Shown: positions 8,338 through 18,104 of the stretch, piece by piece
Layout: every line of letters starts with the position of its first letter
Position numbering within the stretch: the stretch's first letter is position 1
Source: Minisyncoccota bacterium
GTDB lineage: Bacteria; Patescibacteriota; Minisyncoccia; Phycocordibacterales; CAIZLB01
Reading direction: 5' to 3'
Assembly (NCBI GenBank): GCA_036405975.1
Contig: DASWWM010000034.1
Span: 4,675-68,674 of the forward strand
Length of the DNA: 64,000 nucleotides
Program-made: the position numbers and the translations under genes
The notes under the pieces: generated by a model
The model's input: the letters and a program-made list of their open reading frames with translations, nothing else
Database searches by the model: none
What the model was told of the DNA's origin: nothing

Positions 8338-10197
8338 TTACACTCTCAAAGTGTCTTGCTGACCCGCAATATCAGGCTTTGTTTCTTGGAAATTATCAAG
8401 GCTTAATCTTTTCTCAACCTCCTCGAATGTCTCTGCTCCGAAATCGGATGAGGCGTCCTGTATGCTGTCCGGTACTGCCGTATCCGCTGGTTCTTCTGGA
8501 ACGAGCTCTATCTCTTCCGCAAGGTCAACTACTCGCTCGAGCTCTTCAAACGTCGTAATTCCTTTGAGTACCTTTGTGAGGCCGTCTTGCTTCATGGTCA
8601 TGATGCGCTGGGAAGCGGCAGCTTTTCGTATTTCTCGTTCACTCGGGTTTTCCCGGATGATGTATTCGATGTTTTTGTCGGCAAGGATGGCCTCGTATAC
8701 GCCGAGTCGTCCTCTATAGCCTGTATTGTTACATTTGTCGCACCCTACAGCCGTCCATATTTCAGTCGGCTTTTCTGGGAAGAACGATGCTTCCTCGTAC
8801 CCTTTAAGGGAATTGATGAGTTCGTCCACAAGGGCCTGTCTCTCTGCCGGAATAGGTATTTTTTTCCTACAGTCGACGCATACCTTTCGAAGAAGTCTTT
8901 GTGCCATGGCTACCCTGATCGAAGAGGTGAGCACTTTCGGGTCCACACCGAGGTCTACAAGTCGCGTGAATGTACCTGCCGCATTGTTGGTGTGAAGGGT
9001 GGAGAGTACGAGGTGACCCGTAAGCGAAGCCTGGATGGCTGTCGCTGCCGTTTCTCCGTCTCGGATTTCTCCCACCATGATCACATCGGGGTCTTGTCGA
9101 AGTGCTGCTCGGAGGCCAGACTCAAAGTTGTAGTTTTTCTTCTCGTCTACCTGCGTCTGCACGATGCCTGCGAGGTGGTATTCGATCGGATCTTCGATCG
9201 TGATGATTTTCATCTCAGGGCTCTGCACTTTTCGGAGGAATGAATAAAGGGTTGTTGTCTTTCCAGAACCCGTAGGACCTGTTGTGAGAATGAGCCCGTT
9301 CGGCCGCTCGATTTCAACGGCAAGAATTCGCAGGAGCTTTTCAGGGAACCCGAGCTCCTCCATCGGCGTTGAGATTGACTTCGGATTGAGGATTCGCATT
9401 ACAATCGACTCGCCATATGCACTCGGAACGGTAGATGTTCGAATTTCAATATCGCTCATGTAGATCTTCACCGTGAATCGTCCGTCCTGCGCAGCGTCTT
9501 TGATATTGAGCTTGAGGCCTGAAAGAAGCTTGATTCGGGATAGGAGCAGCCTGTATGTCTCGATATCGAACTTAGCAACCTCGATAAGGACGCCGTCGAG
9601 CCTGTATCGAATGACTGCATGGTCTGCTTCTGATTCGACGTGGATATCCGAAGCTTTTGTGGAAAGTCCGCCTGCCATAACGATGGCTATAACTCTTGAT
9701 ATTTTATGGCTTTTCTTGATCGCGAGAGCCTCTTCGACGAGAACTGAAATATCCTCGAGCTTTTTCGTCTTTTCTATGAGCTGCTCGATTTCCTCGTTCG
9801 AGATATCGAGTGACCCTGCTTCTGTCTCGAATGCGAACGAAAGATCCTTGTAGCGATCCCATGCTTTCTCGATGCTGTGCATTGAGGAGAGGAATACTGC
9901 CGTCGCATAGCCTTTTCCTTGAAGTTTCTTGATGCTGTCCACTACAGCCTGGCTGTTGATGGTATGAACAGCGATGGAGATTCTCTTTCCGACAATGTCG
10001 AAGACCGCCATCTTGTTCTCGCGAGCTTCGGCTTCGGGAATGAGTCTGAGACCGTCGGTATTGATAGGGACTCGGGTAAGGTCTATGTATGGGAGGCCGT
10101 ATTTTTCAGCGACAATCTGTACGGATTTTTCTTCCTCTTCCGCTCGCAGCGTTCGGAGTCGCTGATTCTGCTTGTCTTCATCAAAATGGATGGTCAT
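8338..10197 (-). CDS. pilB: Type IV pilus assembly ATPase PilB / GspE family
   Basis: A 619 aa protein with an N-terminal GSPII_E-N-like region. Walker A is LILTTGPTGSGKTTTLYS. The Asp and His boxes ITIEDPIEY and VMVGEIRD are present, and a C-terminal tetracysteine CVDCRKK...GCDKCNNTGYRGRLGVYE is typical of PilB. Confidence 0.85.
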   Translation of the reverse strand: MTIHFDEDKQNQRLRTLRAEEEEKSVQIVAEKYGLPYIDLTRVPINTDGLRLIPEAEARENKMAVFDIVGKRISIAVHTINSQAVVDSIKKLQGKGYATAVFLSSMHSIEKAWDRYKDLSFAFETEAGSLDISNEEIEQLIEKTKKLEDISVLVEEALAIKKSHKISRVIAIVMAGGLSTKASDIHVESEADHAVIRYRLDGVLIEVAKFDIETYRLLLSRIKLLSGLKLNIKDAAQDGRFTVKIYMSDIEIRTSTVPSAYGESIVMRILNPKSISTPMEELGFPEKLLRILAVEIERPNGLILTTGPTGSGKTTTLYSFLRKVQSPEMKIITIEDPIEYHLAGIVQTQVDEKKNYNFESGLRAALRQDPDVIMVGEIRDGETAATAIQASLTGHLVLSTLHTNNAAGTFTRLVDLGVDPKVLTSSIRVAMAQRLLRKVCVDCRKKIPIPAERQALVDELINSLKGYEEASFFPEKPTEIWTAVGCDKCNNTGYRGRLGVYEAILADKNIEYIIRENPSEREIRKAAASQRIMTMKQDGLTKVLKGITTFEELERVVDLAEEIELVPEEPADTAVPDSIQDASSDFGAETFEEVEKRLSLDNFQETKPDIAGQQDTLRV

Positions 10198-10246
10198 ATT
10201 CAGTGCATATTGTACCTCTTTTTCAGAATGGACGCATTAGATTTAG

Positions 10247-10723
10247 ATGTTAATTGCTGCTATCATTCGGCATATTAAAGTCATGAAAAATGAAACTATT
10301 ACGTACACGATCGGTGAAATCCCGGAGGTCGCATCCAAAGTCATCGAATTCTTAAGATCAACCGACAGGACGGAAGCTGTCGTGGTGGGCCTGAACGGAG
10401 ACCTCGGAGCGGGGAAGACCACCTTCAGTAAGGAGATTGCTCGACAGCTTGGCGTTACCGAGACGGTTACAAGTCCAACGTTTGTCATTCAGAAGACATA
10501 CCCAACCACTGATCCTGTATTCCAGAATTTTGTGCATATAGACGCATATAGGCTTGATGAGGCACGGGAACTCTCAGTCCTGGGCTTTGAAAAGCTTGTT
10601 TCTGAGCCTGAAAACCTCATTTTTGTCGAATGGCCTGAAAGGGTGGCGGATATCCTTCCGGGTAGTACAATACAAATACATATATCCGTCCTTGATGAGC
10701 ATTCACGGGAAATGAAATTTTAA
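10247..10723 (+). CDS. tsaE: tRNA threonylcarbamoyladenosine biosynthesis protein TsaE (YjeE)
   Basis: The P-loop GLNGDLGAGKTTFSKEI is followed by SPTFVIQ and HIDAYRL, which is the TsaE signature. The true start is possibly the internal Met at 10283. The stop overlaps the polA ATG (TAATG). Confidence 0.8.
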   Translation: MLIAAIIRHIKVMKNETITYTIGEIPEVASKVIEFLRSTDRTEAVVVGLNGDLGAGKTTFSKEIARQLGVTETVTSPTFVIQKTYPTTDPVFQNFVHIDAYRLDEARELSVLGFEKLVSEPENLIFVEWPERVADILPGSTIQIHISVLDEHSREMKF

Positions 10724-13239
10724 TGTCAAAGACTGACCAGCCAAAAGCATCAAAAGGAAAGAAAGCCAAAGGCGATCGAAAGCTCCTGGTTCTTCTCGAT
10801 TCCCATGCCATCATTCATCGGGCATACCACGCACTCCCTGATTTCGCATCAAGCAAAGGCAAGCCTACGGGTGCGCTCTACGGTCTTTCGACAATGCTTT
10901 TCAGCCTTATTGAAAAGTTCAAGCCGGACTACATTGTCGCTTGTTATGATCTTCCTCAGCCAACCTACAGGCATGAGGCTTATGAAGGTTACAAGGCCGG
11001 ACGAAAAAAGACGGATGACGCCCTCGTTGAGCAACTCGTTTCATCTCGGGAGATTTTCACCGCATGCGGAATTCCCATGTATGACATGCCGGGCTTTGAA
11101 GCCGATGACATGCTCGGAACCATCGTTCATCAGGTAACTGATAATAAGGATTTCGAAAATGTCGATGTTCTTATAGCATCGGGCGATATGGATACGCTTC
11201 AGCTTATACAGGGTGACCGGGTTAGGGTATTCACTCTGAAGAAGGGCATAAAAGACACCGTTGTCTACGACGAAGAAGCTGTCCGAGAAAGATTCGGTTT
11301 CGGTCCAGCTCAACTTACGGACTACAAAGGACTTCGGGGTGATCCTTCTGATAACATCATCGGTATCGCAGGTATCGGTGAAAAGACTGCAACCATTCTC
11401 ATTACCGCATTCGGAACGGTTGAAGGCATTTACGCTGCACTTGAAAAAGATCCGAACCTCGTAAAGAAAGCGGGTGTCTCCGATCGAATTATCGAGCTTT
11501 TGGAGAAAGGGAAAGAAGAGGCGCTCTTCAGCAAGATGCTTGCGACCATCCGACGCGATGCGCCTATCAGCTTCACTCTCCCAGAGAATTCATGGAAAGA
11601 AGGATTTGATATCAATGCGGTCGAGACGCTTTTCAAAGAGCTTGAGTTCAGGACTCTTGTCGCACGATTGAAAATTATCAGTGGTCAGGAGACAAAGTCC
11701 GGAGCGGCTGCGGCAAATGTTTCCGTAAAGGCATCTGCGAAGAAGGCGGAAGGAGACATTGACGATGATGGTTTCGTGGTCGAAGGCGGATCTAAGAATA
11801 AGGCTGTAAATAAGCCTGAAATACATATCGATCCGATTCTTGCCGAGAAGCTCAAGATAGGGGTTCATATTTTGAATTCAACAATTGTTAATCCTTCACT
11901 CGAGGATGTTTTTGCTGCAACTCGAACTGAGAATCCGGAGCTCGCTGAAAAAAGAGTCATCGATGATATCCATAAGGAGAAACTTGAAACAGTTTATTTT
12001 GATATTGAATTGCCGCTCATTCCCATCCTTCAAAAAATGCATGAGCTTGGTGTAAAGATTGACGTGATGTTCTTGAAGGATCTGGGACGCGAGTACCATA
12101 AGAAGCTTTCTGAAATCGAAAAGAAGATTTGGGAACATGCAGGAACCGAATTCAATGTCGCTTCTCCTAAGCAGCTTGGTGAGATAATTTATGAAAAGAT
12201 GGGTCTTGGCGGAAAGAAGATCAAGAAGACTGCGGGTGGCGTTAAGTCCACAAAAGAGTCAGAGCTTGAAAAGCTTAAGGGTGAGCATCCTGTCATCGGT
12301 CTCATTCTCGAATACCGAGAGCTTGCGAAGCTTCTTGGCACATACATAGACGTGCTTCCGACTCTTGCTGATGCAAATGACCGCGTTCATACCCAGTTTA
12401 TCCAGACTGGTGCAGCGACAGGGCGAATGTCATCGCAGAATCCAGGCCTTCAGAATATCCCCATCAAGACGGAGCAGGGAAGGGCTATCCGAAATGCATT
12501 CATCTCCGATGACGGCTATACGCTCGTTTCATTCGATTATTCTCAGATTGAGCTTCGAATCGCTGCATTCCTTTCTGGTGACGAAAAGCTTATCGAAATC
12601 TTCAAGAGCGGAACGGACGTTCATACCGGGGTCGCAGCGAGCGTATTTGGTGTCGATGAGAAAGACGTAACTAAAGATATGCGGCGAAGGGCGAAGGTGA
12701 TCAACTTCGGTATTCTTTACGGCATGGGCGTTAATGCCCTCAAGACGAACCTGGGCAGCACGCGAGATGAGGCACAGAAGTTCTATGACGAGTACTTCAA
12801 GAATTTCAGCGGCCTGGCAGCCTACCTTGATAATACAAAGGCGGAGGCTGCCAGGCTGGGCTATACGGAAACGTTCTTTGGCCGAAGGCGGTATTTCGAG
12901 GGTATCCATTCAAGGCTGCCGTTCATCAGGGCAGCAGCAGAACGAATGGCCATCAATGCTCCTATCCAAGGAACGCAGGCTGACCTTATCAAGATCAGCA
13001 TGAGAAGGATCGACGACCGGCTTAGGGAAGAGGGTCTTCTTGAAAAGGCACGGCTTCTCCTACAGGTTCACGACGAACTCATCTATGAGATCAGGACTCC
13101 TGAAGTTAAGCGAGTGGCGACTATCGTAAAGTCGGTCATGGAAGGCGTACTTACATCCGAGCAGACGAAAGGCGTGCCTATCCAGACTTCTGCGAATGCA
13201 GGCAAGAACTGGGGCAATATGGAGGCGATAGAATTCTAG
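10723..13239 (+). CDS. polA: DNA polymerase I (5'-3' exonuclease plus polymerase; the 3'-5' exo region appears reduced)
   Basis: The 5' nuclease N-terminus is LLVLLDSHAIIHRAYHA. The H3TH motif GIGEKTA is present. Polymerase motifs RRRAKVINFGILYGMG and LLQVHDELIYE are present. The protein is 838 aa. Confidence 0.9.
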   Translation: MSKTDQPKASKGKKAKGDRKLLVLLDSHAIIHRAYHALPDFASSKGKPTGALYGLSTMLFSLIEKFKPDYIVACYDLPQPTYRHEAYEGYKAGRKKTDDALVEQLVSSREIFTACGIPMYDMPGFEADDMLGTIVHQVTDNKDFENVDVLIASGDMDTLQLIQGDRVRVFTLKKGIKDTVVYDEEAVRERFGFGPAQLTDYKGLRGDPSDNIIGIAGIGEKTATILITAFGTVEGIYAALEKDPNLVKKAGVSDRIIELLEKGKEEALFSKMLATIRRDAPISFTLPENSWKEGFDINAVETLFKELEFRTLVARLKIISGQETKSGAAAANVSVKASAKKAEGDIDDDGFVVEGGSKNKAVNKPEIHIDPILAEKLKIGVHILNSTIVNPSLEDVFAATRTENPELAEKRVIDDIHKEKLETVYFDIELPLIPILQKMHELGVKIDVMFLKDLGREYHKKLSEIEKKIWEHAGTEFNVASPKQLGEIIYEKMGLGGKKIKKTAGGVKSTKESELEKLKGEHPVIGLILEYRELAKLLGTYIDVLPTLADANDRVHTQFIQTGAATGRMSSQNPGLQNIPIKTEQGRAIRNAFISDDGYTLVSFDYSQIELRIAAFLSGDEKLIEIFKSGTDVHTGVAASVFGVDEKDVTKDMRRRAKVINFGILYGMGVNALKTNLGSTRDEAQKFYDEYFKNFSGLAAYLDNTKAEAARLGYTETFFGRRRYFEGIHSRLPFIRAAAERMAINAPIQGTQADLIKISMRRIDDRLREEGLLEKARLLLQVHDELIYEIRTPEVKRVATIVKSVMEGVLTSEQTKGVPIQTSANAGKNWGNMEAIEF

Positions 13240-13299
13240 TGCGTCGCCGGTTTTTCGCATCCTGATGGCAGAGAAACAAGGGGCGGTATAATACAAACA

Positions 13300-14028
13300 A
13301 TGCTTTACGTAATACATGGATCTGATACTGAAAAGGCTCGGAAGAAACTGAAGGCAATGACCGACATTCTTCAGTCTAAAAGGCCTGATGCGACGGTTTT
13401 CAAGATTACGCCTGAATCATTCAGCGAGTCATATATAGAAGAATCTGTTTCCGGACTCAGCCTTTTTGTGCCTAAGAATATAATCATTCTTGATTCTCTC
13501 ATTACGCATAAAGAGCATTCGGATTTCATTATCGATAAAATACCTGACTTCGCCTCTTCCGATCATGTCTGCATTATCTTCGACAAGAAGCTTACCAAAG
13601 AGCATCTGAAGAAACTTGAAAAGAAAGCTGAAAAAATAGAAGAGCATAATCTCAAAGAAGATGGCGATGCGGGCAAGTTCAAAAAAAGAGAAACAAGCCC
13701 TGTCTTTCCATTTGGCGAAGCCGTTCTTGCGCGAGACAAAGTAAGAAGCTGGACGCTCTTTCAGACAATCATGGCCGACGGTGTCGCACCTGAAGAAATC
13801 CACGGCATTCTCTGGTGGCAGTTCAAATCGCTCTATCTTTCATATTCATATGGTGCCAAGGAGTCAGGGTTGAACCCATTTGTTCATAGAAAATGCATGG
13901 ATGCTCAGAAGCGATGGGCTAAAGAGGAGGTTGAAAGTCTGCTCCATGAAATGATCCAGATGTACCACAAATCCCATAAGGGCGAGCTTGATTTCAGGGC
14001 TGAGCTTGAGCAGCTTTGCTTGAAGTGA
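13300..14028 (+). CDS. DNA polymerase III delta subunit-like protein (HolA-like), tentative
   Basis: The N-terminus MLYVIHGSDTEKARKKL...ATVFKITPESFSES.IEESVSGLSLFVPKNIIILDS follows the HolA pattern (iyllyGed...plF..rlvvl). Its 242 aa is shorter than a typical delta subunit. Confidence 0.45.
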   Translation: MLYVIHGSDTEKARKKLKAMTDILQSKRPDATVFKITPESFSESYIEESVSGLSLFVPKNIIILDSLITHKEHSDFIIDKIPDFASSDHVCIIFDKKLTKEHLKKLEKKAEKIEEHNLKEDGDAGKFKKRETSPVFPFGEAVLARDKVRSWTLFQTIMADGVAPEEIHGILWWQFKSLYLSYSYGAKESGLNPFVHRKCMDAQKRWAKEEVESLLHEMIQMYHKSHKGELDFRAELEQLCLK

Positions 14029-14035
14029 TAAATCA

Positions 14036-14066
14036 AAAGACGTACTGTTGCGGTACGTCTTTTTCT
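14036..14066 (+). terminator. Intrinsic terminator after the holA-like gene
   Basis: Stem agacgtac(14038-14045)/gtacgtct(14053-14060) followed by ttttt. Confidence 0.7.
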
Positions 14067-14069
14067 CTG

Positions 14070-14142
14070 TGCGTCCAGTTGGAATCGAACCAACGACCCT
14101 CTGCTTAAAAGGCAGGTGCTCTACCGACTGAGCTATGGACGC
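14070..14142 (-). tRNA. tRNA-Lys (anticodon TTT)
   Basis: The reverse complement reads GCGTCCA TA GCTC AGTCGGTA GAGC A CCTGC CTTTTAA GCAGA GGGTC GTTGG TTCGATT CCAAC TGGACGC A. It is a cloverleaf with anticodon UUU and A37, and a T-loop TTCGATT. Confidence 0.85.
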
Positions 14143-14234
14143 GTATTGCATTCTGAGGCTTTGCTTGGCCGTGCCAGCTGATGCCGTGCAAGGTAAGGAG
14201 ACCAGAAGAATGCTACGAAATATATCAGAAAATC

Positions 14235-14660
14235 CTAAAGTGGCAAATCGAGGGCCCAGAGTCCTGCCCCTGAGAATACGAGGCTAAGAGAGATGAGGAA
14301 GAGGAGCATGTATTCCATCCAAGATCGCATTTTGAGCTGTGGATCTCGAACGACTACGACAAGCGATACGAATGCGATGATTGCTCCGATGATAGAGGCA
14401 ATCTGCGTAAGAAGGCCGATGATCATGCAGGCACCGATGATGAACTCTGTGAATCCGAGAGCTTTGACGAATTTGTCGGCAGGCTTGATCTTGATCGAAT
14501 CGAAGTATGTGATAAGCGCATGTCGGTTCAGAGTGAACTTTGAGTAGCCGAGCATGATGAAGTACGCTCCGGCACCCAGTCGGATCAGGGTAGGGGCCAT
14601 CGACTTCAGGAATAGAAGTTCTGGAAATGTATTAAGCATGGCTCCTATGATATCACACAT
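14235..14660 (-). CDS. DoxX-family small membrane protein (tentative)
   Basis: A 141 aa protein with four predicted TM segments (APTLIRLGAGAYFIMLGYSKF..., FIIGACMIIGLLTQIASIIGAIIAFVSLVVVV...). The topology and length are like DoxX. The start codon is uncertain. Confidence 0.4.
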   Translation of the reverse strand: MCDIIGAMLNTFPELLFLKSMAPTLIRLGAGAYFIMLGYSKFTLNRHALITYFDSIKIKPADKFVKALGFTEFIIGACMIIGLLTQIASIIGAIIAFVSLVVVVRDPQLKMRSWMEYMLLFLISLSLVFSGAGLWALDLPL

Positions 14661-14680
14661 AATGGTGCTATAAAGGTGTC

Positions 14681-15166
14681 ATGAAGAGCGTTGCCCAAGC
14701 TGTAGTCGTCCTCCCTGATATCAGAAGTGCCCACAATGTCGGTTCTATTTTCCGTACCTGTGATGCTGCGGGAATCGATAAGGTGTATCTTGCTGGCTAT
14801 ACTCCCGATCCTCTCGACCGATTCGGCCGGCCTGTTAAGGAAATCGCAAAGACTGCCTTGGGTGCCGAGAAGACTATTCCTTGGGAGCACGAGGGTGATG
14901 TGCTGAAGCTTCTAGCTAAGCTTAAAAAGGAAGGCTTTGTTGTCGTGGCGATTGAGCTGACTGAAAATTCAGCTGACTATAAGACAATCGCCGTCGCACC
15001 GGATGCGAAAGTCGCATTTGTATTTGGAAACGAGGTTGATGGTGTCAGCGCTGAGGTTCTAGAGCGATGCGATGTCGTGGCGCATATTCCAATGGGCGGG
15101 GAGAAGGAATCACTGAATGTTTCGGTTGCTGCCGGCATCGCGCTTTTTAGAATTCTGGGCATATAG
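14681..15166 (+). CDS. SpoU/TrmH-family RNA 2'-O-methyltransferase
   Basis: SPOUT motifs are present: HNVGSIFRTCDAAG, FVFGNEVDGVS and IPMGGEKESLNVSVAAGIALF. Confidence 0.8.
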   Translation: MKSVAQAVVVLPDIRSAHNVGSIFRTCDAAGIDKVYLAGYTPDPLDRFGRPVKEIAKTALGAEKTIPWEHEGDVLKLLAKLKKEGFVVVAIELTENSADYKTIAVAPDAKVAFVFGNEVDGVSAEVLERCDVVAHIPMGGEKESLNVSVAAGIALFRILGI

Positions 15167-15200
15167 CAAAAATGCTATATTGGGTGTCGAATCAGGTACT

Positions 15201-16142
15201 TTACTTTGCGAGCTGTTGGTGGGCACTGCAAAAATGTGCGCTTCTTCCACCGACCACCTTTCGCAGGATGGTGCCATCGCAGCCTTTCTTTGTGCATGTT
15301 TTGCCGGTCTTTCTATAAGCGTTGTGATGCGCCTGGAATTCTCCGCGCTCGCCTTTGATATTTCTGTAATCTGACATCGAGTCGCCACCGAAGTCGATCC
15401 CTTTCCTGAGTACTTCTTTAACTGCTTTGTATAACGTTTTGAGCTTTTCTTCAGGCACTTTTCGGGGCTTCTCCTCAGGATGGATTCCAGCCAGCCACAA
15501 TGCTTCATCGGAATAGATATTGCCGACGCCTGAGATAAGCGTTTGATCCATTAATACATTCTTTATCCTGCCTTCAGGTCGTCTGAGCAGCTGTTCATTG
15601 AAAACTTTATACGTAAAATTATCTTCAAGCGGTTCCGGGCCAAGATGGCTCATATGCATGCTCATTTCGATATCAGCGGTGTCGATGAGCGTGACTTTCG
15701 CAAACTTCCTCATATCTGAAAGCACGAGGTGCTTCTTATTTGAAAGTGAAAATACGAGTCGGATATGTCTATTGAAAGGATCAAGCAATGCTTCTGATCC
15801 TTCCTTGTCTTTAACGGGTTTCCATGGATCCTTCGCATCTTCCGGCTTATCGCTTTTTGCATATGTGCCGTACATGACATGGCCGGTCATTTTCATGTGG
15901 AGGAGGATGGTTTTTCCTTTGCTTAGATGGATGAGAATATTCTTGGCGCGCCGTTCAGCTTTGAGGATTTTAAATCCAGATACGGCGCGCCTGAAATCAG
16001 CAAAATATGCAGGGTCTTTTATATTGTCCTTACCTTCGTGATGCTTGCTGTCATAGCTTGTCCAAACATCGGTAATCGAAAGGCCTGCAACTGTCTGGTT
16101 GATCCCGTTTACCGTCGTCTGTACTTCAGGGAGTTCTGGCAT
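15201..16142 (-). CDS. mutM: Formamidopyrimidine-DNA glycosylase (Fpg/MutM)
   Basis: The protein starts MPELPEVQTTVNGI, carrying the catalytic Pro2 signature. It has the H2TH region and a C-terminal zinc finger CTKKGCDGTILRKVVGGRSAHFCSAHQ. The ORF-track entry 15201..16703 carries a spurious 187 aa S/R-rich N-terminal extension that overlaps ruvA in another frame. Confidence 0.85.
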   Translation of the reverse strand: MPELPEVQTTVNGINQTVAGLSITDVWTSYDSKHHEGKDNIKDPAYFADFRRAVSGFKILKAERRAKNILIHLSKGKTILLHMKMTGHVMYGTYAKSDKPEDAKDPWKPVKDKEGSEALLDPFNRHIRLVFSLSNKKHLVLSDMRKFAKVTLIDTADIEMSMHMSHLGPEPLEDNFTYKVFNEQLLRRPEGRIKNVLMDQTLISGVGNIYSDEALWLAGIHPEEKPRKVPEEKLKTLYKAVKEVLRKGIDFGGDSMSDYRNIKGERGEFQAHHNAYRKTGKTCTKKGCDGTILRKVVGGRSAHFCSAHQQLAK

Positions 16143-16248
16143 ATGGGCACATAATAGGCGAGCGGGTATAAAATGCAATTGCGAATATGAAAGTCCCGCC
16201 CTTTGTCGGAAGCCGGACTTCATCAAATGCGACGCTTTGTTTGTGAAC

Positions 16249-16821
16249 CTATCTGCTGAGCTGCTTGAGCGCGTACTTAATCTTCTCTGTCGTTCCGTTG
16301 ATATCGCTTGGAATATGCTCAAGTGCATCCTTGGCTTCCTTGTGGTTGTAGCCGAGCGACTTAAGGGCCTCGATGACATCGACGTCTCCTCCGCCGACGC
16401 TTCCGATGCCCGGCTCTGCTGCTCCGGCCTTGCCTTTGAGTTCGAGGACGATCTTGTCAGCGACTTTCTTTCCAATACCTGCAATCTTCGTAATGTATGC
16501 CGTTTCTCCGGTAGAGATAGCCTCGCGAAGTGCCTGCACTGAAGCTGCACCAAGAATGCCGATGGCTGACTTTGGGCCGATGCCTGAAACGGTAAGGAGG
16601 AGTTCGAAGAAGGAGAGGGTGTCTCGGTCCCTAAAACCGTAAAGGTCCAAAGCGTCTTCTCGGACAACCGTATGGATCCAGAGGGTCGCAGGGTCTCCTT
16701 CATGAAGCTGGCTCAGGGTATCGAGCGTTGCATACACTTTATATCCGACACCGCCATTGGTCTGGACGACCACGTATTTGAGGTCTTTGTGAAGGGCGAT
16801 GCCGCTCAGGTATGAAATCAT
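16249..16821 (-). CDS. ruvA: Holliday junction DNA helicase subunit RuvA
   Basis: A 190 aa protein. MISYLSGIALHKDLKYVVVQTNGGVGYKVYAT is the OB-fold N-terminus. The HhH pairs SGIGPKSAIGIL and IAGIGKKVADKIVLEL and the C-terminal domain III are present. Confidence 0.85.
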   Translation of the reverse strand: MISYLSGIALHKDLKYVVVQTNGGVGYKVYATLDTLSQLHEGDPATLWIHTVVREDALDLYGFRDRDTLSFFELLLTVSGIGPKSAIGILGAASVQALREAISTGETAYITKIAGIGKKVADKIVLELKGKAGAAEPGIGSVGGGDVDVIEALKSLGYNHKEAKDALEHIPSDINGTTEKIKYALKQLSR

Positions 16822-16913
16822 GCCTGTATTCTAGCAGAAATGGACCGAAAAGGCCGAATATGGGCCTTGGCAGTTGCTAATCCTGCGATAATCTGGTACA
16901 TTCTTGCGTACAT

Positions 16914-17177
16914 ATGCCAATTATTCAATCAGCAAAAAAGGCTCTCCGAGGCTCTTCAAAGAAGAAGGTTTTCAACCTCCGACGACAGAAGAACGTAGAT
17001 GCAGCCCTCAAGAACATCAAGAAGCTCGTTTCTGAGAAGAACATCAAGGAAGCGGAGAAGGCCCTTTCAGTCGCTTACAAGGCACTCGACAAGGCAGCTA
17101 AGGGTGGAACTATCAAGAAAGGCGAAGCATCTCGAAAGAAGTCTCGAATGTCAGCTCTCATCGTCCGAAGCAAGTAA
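16914..17177 (+). CDS. rpsT: 30S ribosomal protein S20
   Basis: An 87 aa basic protein with MPIIQSAKKALRGSSKKKVFNLRRQKN..., which is the S20 pattern (ANIKSAKKR). Confidence 0.85.
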   Translation: MPIIQSAKKALRGSSKKKVFNLRRQKNVDAALKNIKKLVSEKNIKEAEKALSVAYKALDKAAKGGTIKKGEASRKKSRMSALIVRSK

Positions 17178-17190
17178 TAGCTTCAAATCA

Positions 17191-17222
17191 AAAAGCCTCC
17201 GAGAAATCGGAGGCTTTTGTTT
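17191..17222 (+). terminator. Intrinsic terminator after rpsT
   Basis: Stem agcctccg/cggaggct (17194-17215) followed by ttttgttttt. Confidence 0.75.
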
Positions 17223-17248
17223 TTGCTGATCTGGCAGTCTGCAGCGAT

Positions 17249-17806
17249 TTAGTTTTGACGGCGCTCGTGAACCTCGCGAATGATCGTCACATGCTTCGTG
17301 ATCTCGTCCTTAACGTCTTGCGGGTTTGGGATCTCTCGGCACATGAATCGAAGTTCCGCTGCCGCCGTCTGCACCTCAAGGTCTCCGTATCCCATCATGG
17401 TTGGAATGGCTCCTTCGATTCGCACTGATATGTCCTGGATGTTATGAAGGCTGAGCTCCGAGATTCTCCGGTCAAAGAATCCACACTGCCTGCTATTGAT
17501 GATCCGCTTGTCCGTCACGATCCAAGTTTCAAGGGTGTACATGGTCAGCGTATAGAACAGGAAGAACCAGAGTGCCATGTAATAGCATGAAGATATAAGG
17601 ATGAAGAGGGAAAGGAGGTTGTTGGAGAGAATCATTGGACCGAATACTACGAGTACGGCAAGCGGGATGAATCCGCCGAGAAATATGTACGTAATCCTTC
17701 CAACCAGCGTAAACCAATGCCTATGGAGAAACAGAAGAACTGTCTCGTCATCCTTCTTTCCTTCGAACGTATATGATGTCTTCGTGATGAATGAGAATAG
17801 GTCCAT
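17249..17806 (-). CDS. Membrane protein with a bacterial PH-like (bPH_2/YdbT-like) domain
   Basis: A 185 aa protein with two N-terminal TM helices. The C-terminal region ...ETWIVTDKRIINSRQCGFFDRRISELSLHNIQDISV... resembles the DUF304/bPH_2 fold. Confidence 0.45.
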   Translation of the reverse strand: MDLFSFITKTSYTFEGKKDDETVLLFLHRHWFTLVGRITYIFLGGFIPLAVLVVFGPMILSNNLLSLFILISSCYYMALWFFLFYTLTMYTLETWIVTDKRIINSRQCGFFDRRISELSLHNIQDISVRIEGAIPTMMGYGDLEVQTAAAELRFMCREIPNPQDVKDEITKHVTIIREVHERRQN

Positions 17807-17816
17807 ATGCTTATAG

Positions 17817-18083
17817 TTATGCTGCCAAAACGGCCTGAACGTAGAATAAAGTGGTAATGAGGGACAGAAGTATGGATCCTCCCAGGAATATTATCGCGAG
17901 CTTTTTCGGCTGTCCGCTTACGCCGAATCGAATGAGGTGATAGAGGATGAAAAAAGCTCCGGTCCAGTATATGAGCATCGCGAGCGTGAATACGAATGTC
18001 ACCACTCCTGTGCCTGAAGTGAATGTCGACGCCTGCGAAAGAAGGTCCAATGTTGGGTTATTCATGCAGATTAAGTATATCAA
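17817..18083 (-). CDS. Small hydrophobic membrane protein (hypothetical)
   Basis: An 88 aa protein with two predicted TM helices. It is immediately downstream of the bPH-domain gene on the same strand. Confidence 0.35.
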   Translation of the reverse strand: MIYLICMNNPTLDLLSQASTFTSGTGVVTFVFTLAMLIYWTGAFFILYHLIRFGVSGQPKKLAIIFLGGSILLSLITTLFYVQAVLAA

Positions 18084-18104
18084 TTTGGTATACTTACGTC
18101 ATTC

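Noticed and set aside
13864-14151. ORFs overlapping tRNA genes (13864..14151 over tRNA-Lys; 21864..22118, 21993..22208, 22093..22338 and 22215..22406 over the two tRNA-Ser; 30831..31019 and others near tRNA-His)
   Set aside because: They are explained by the stop-free GC-rich structured tRNA sequence. No motifs, and they overlap confidently folded tRNAs.
16143-16703. The N-terminal 187 aa of ORF-track entry 15201..16703 (S/R/T-rich low-complexity extension of Fpg)
   Set aside because: Fpg/MutM must begin MPELPEV, which requires Pro2 after Met removal. That Met is at 16142. The upstream part overlaps the well-supported ruvA gene (16249-16821) in another frame and has no homology.
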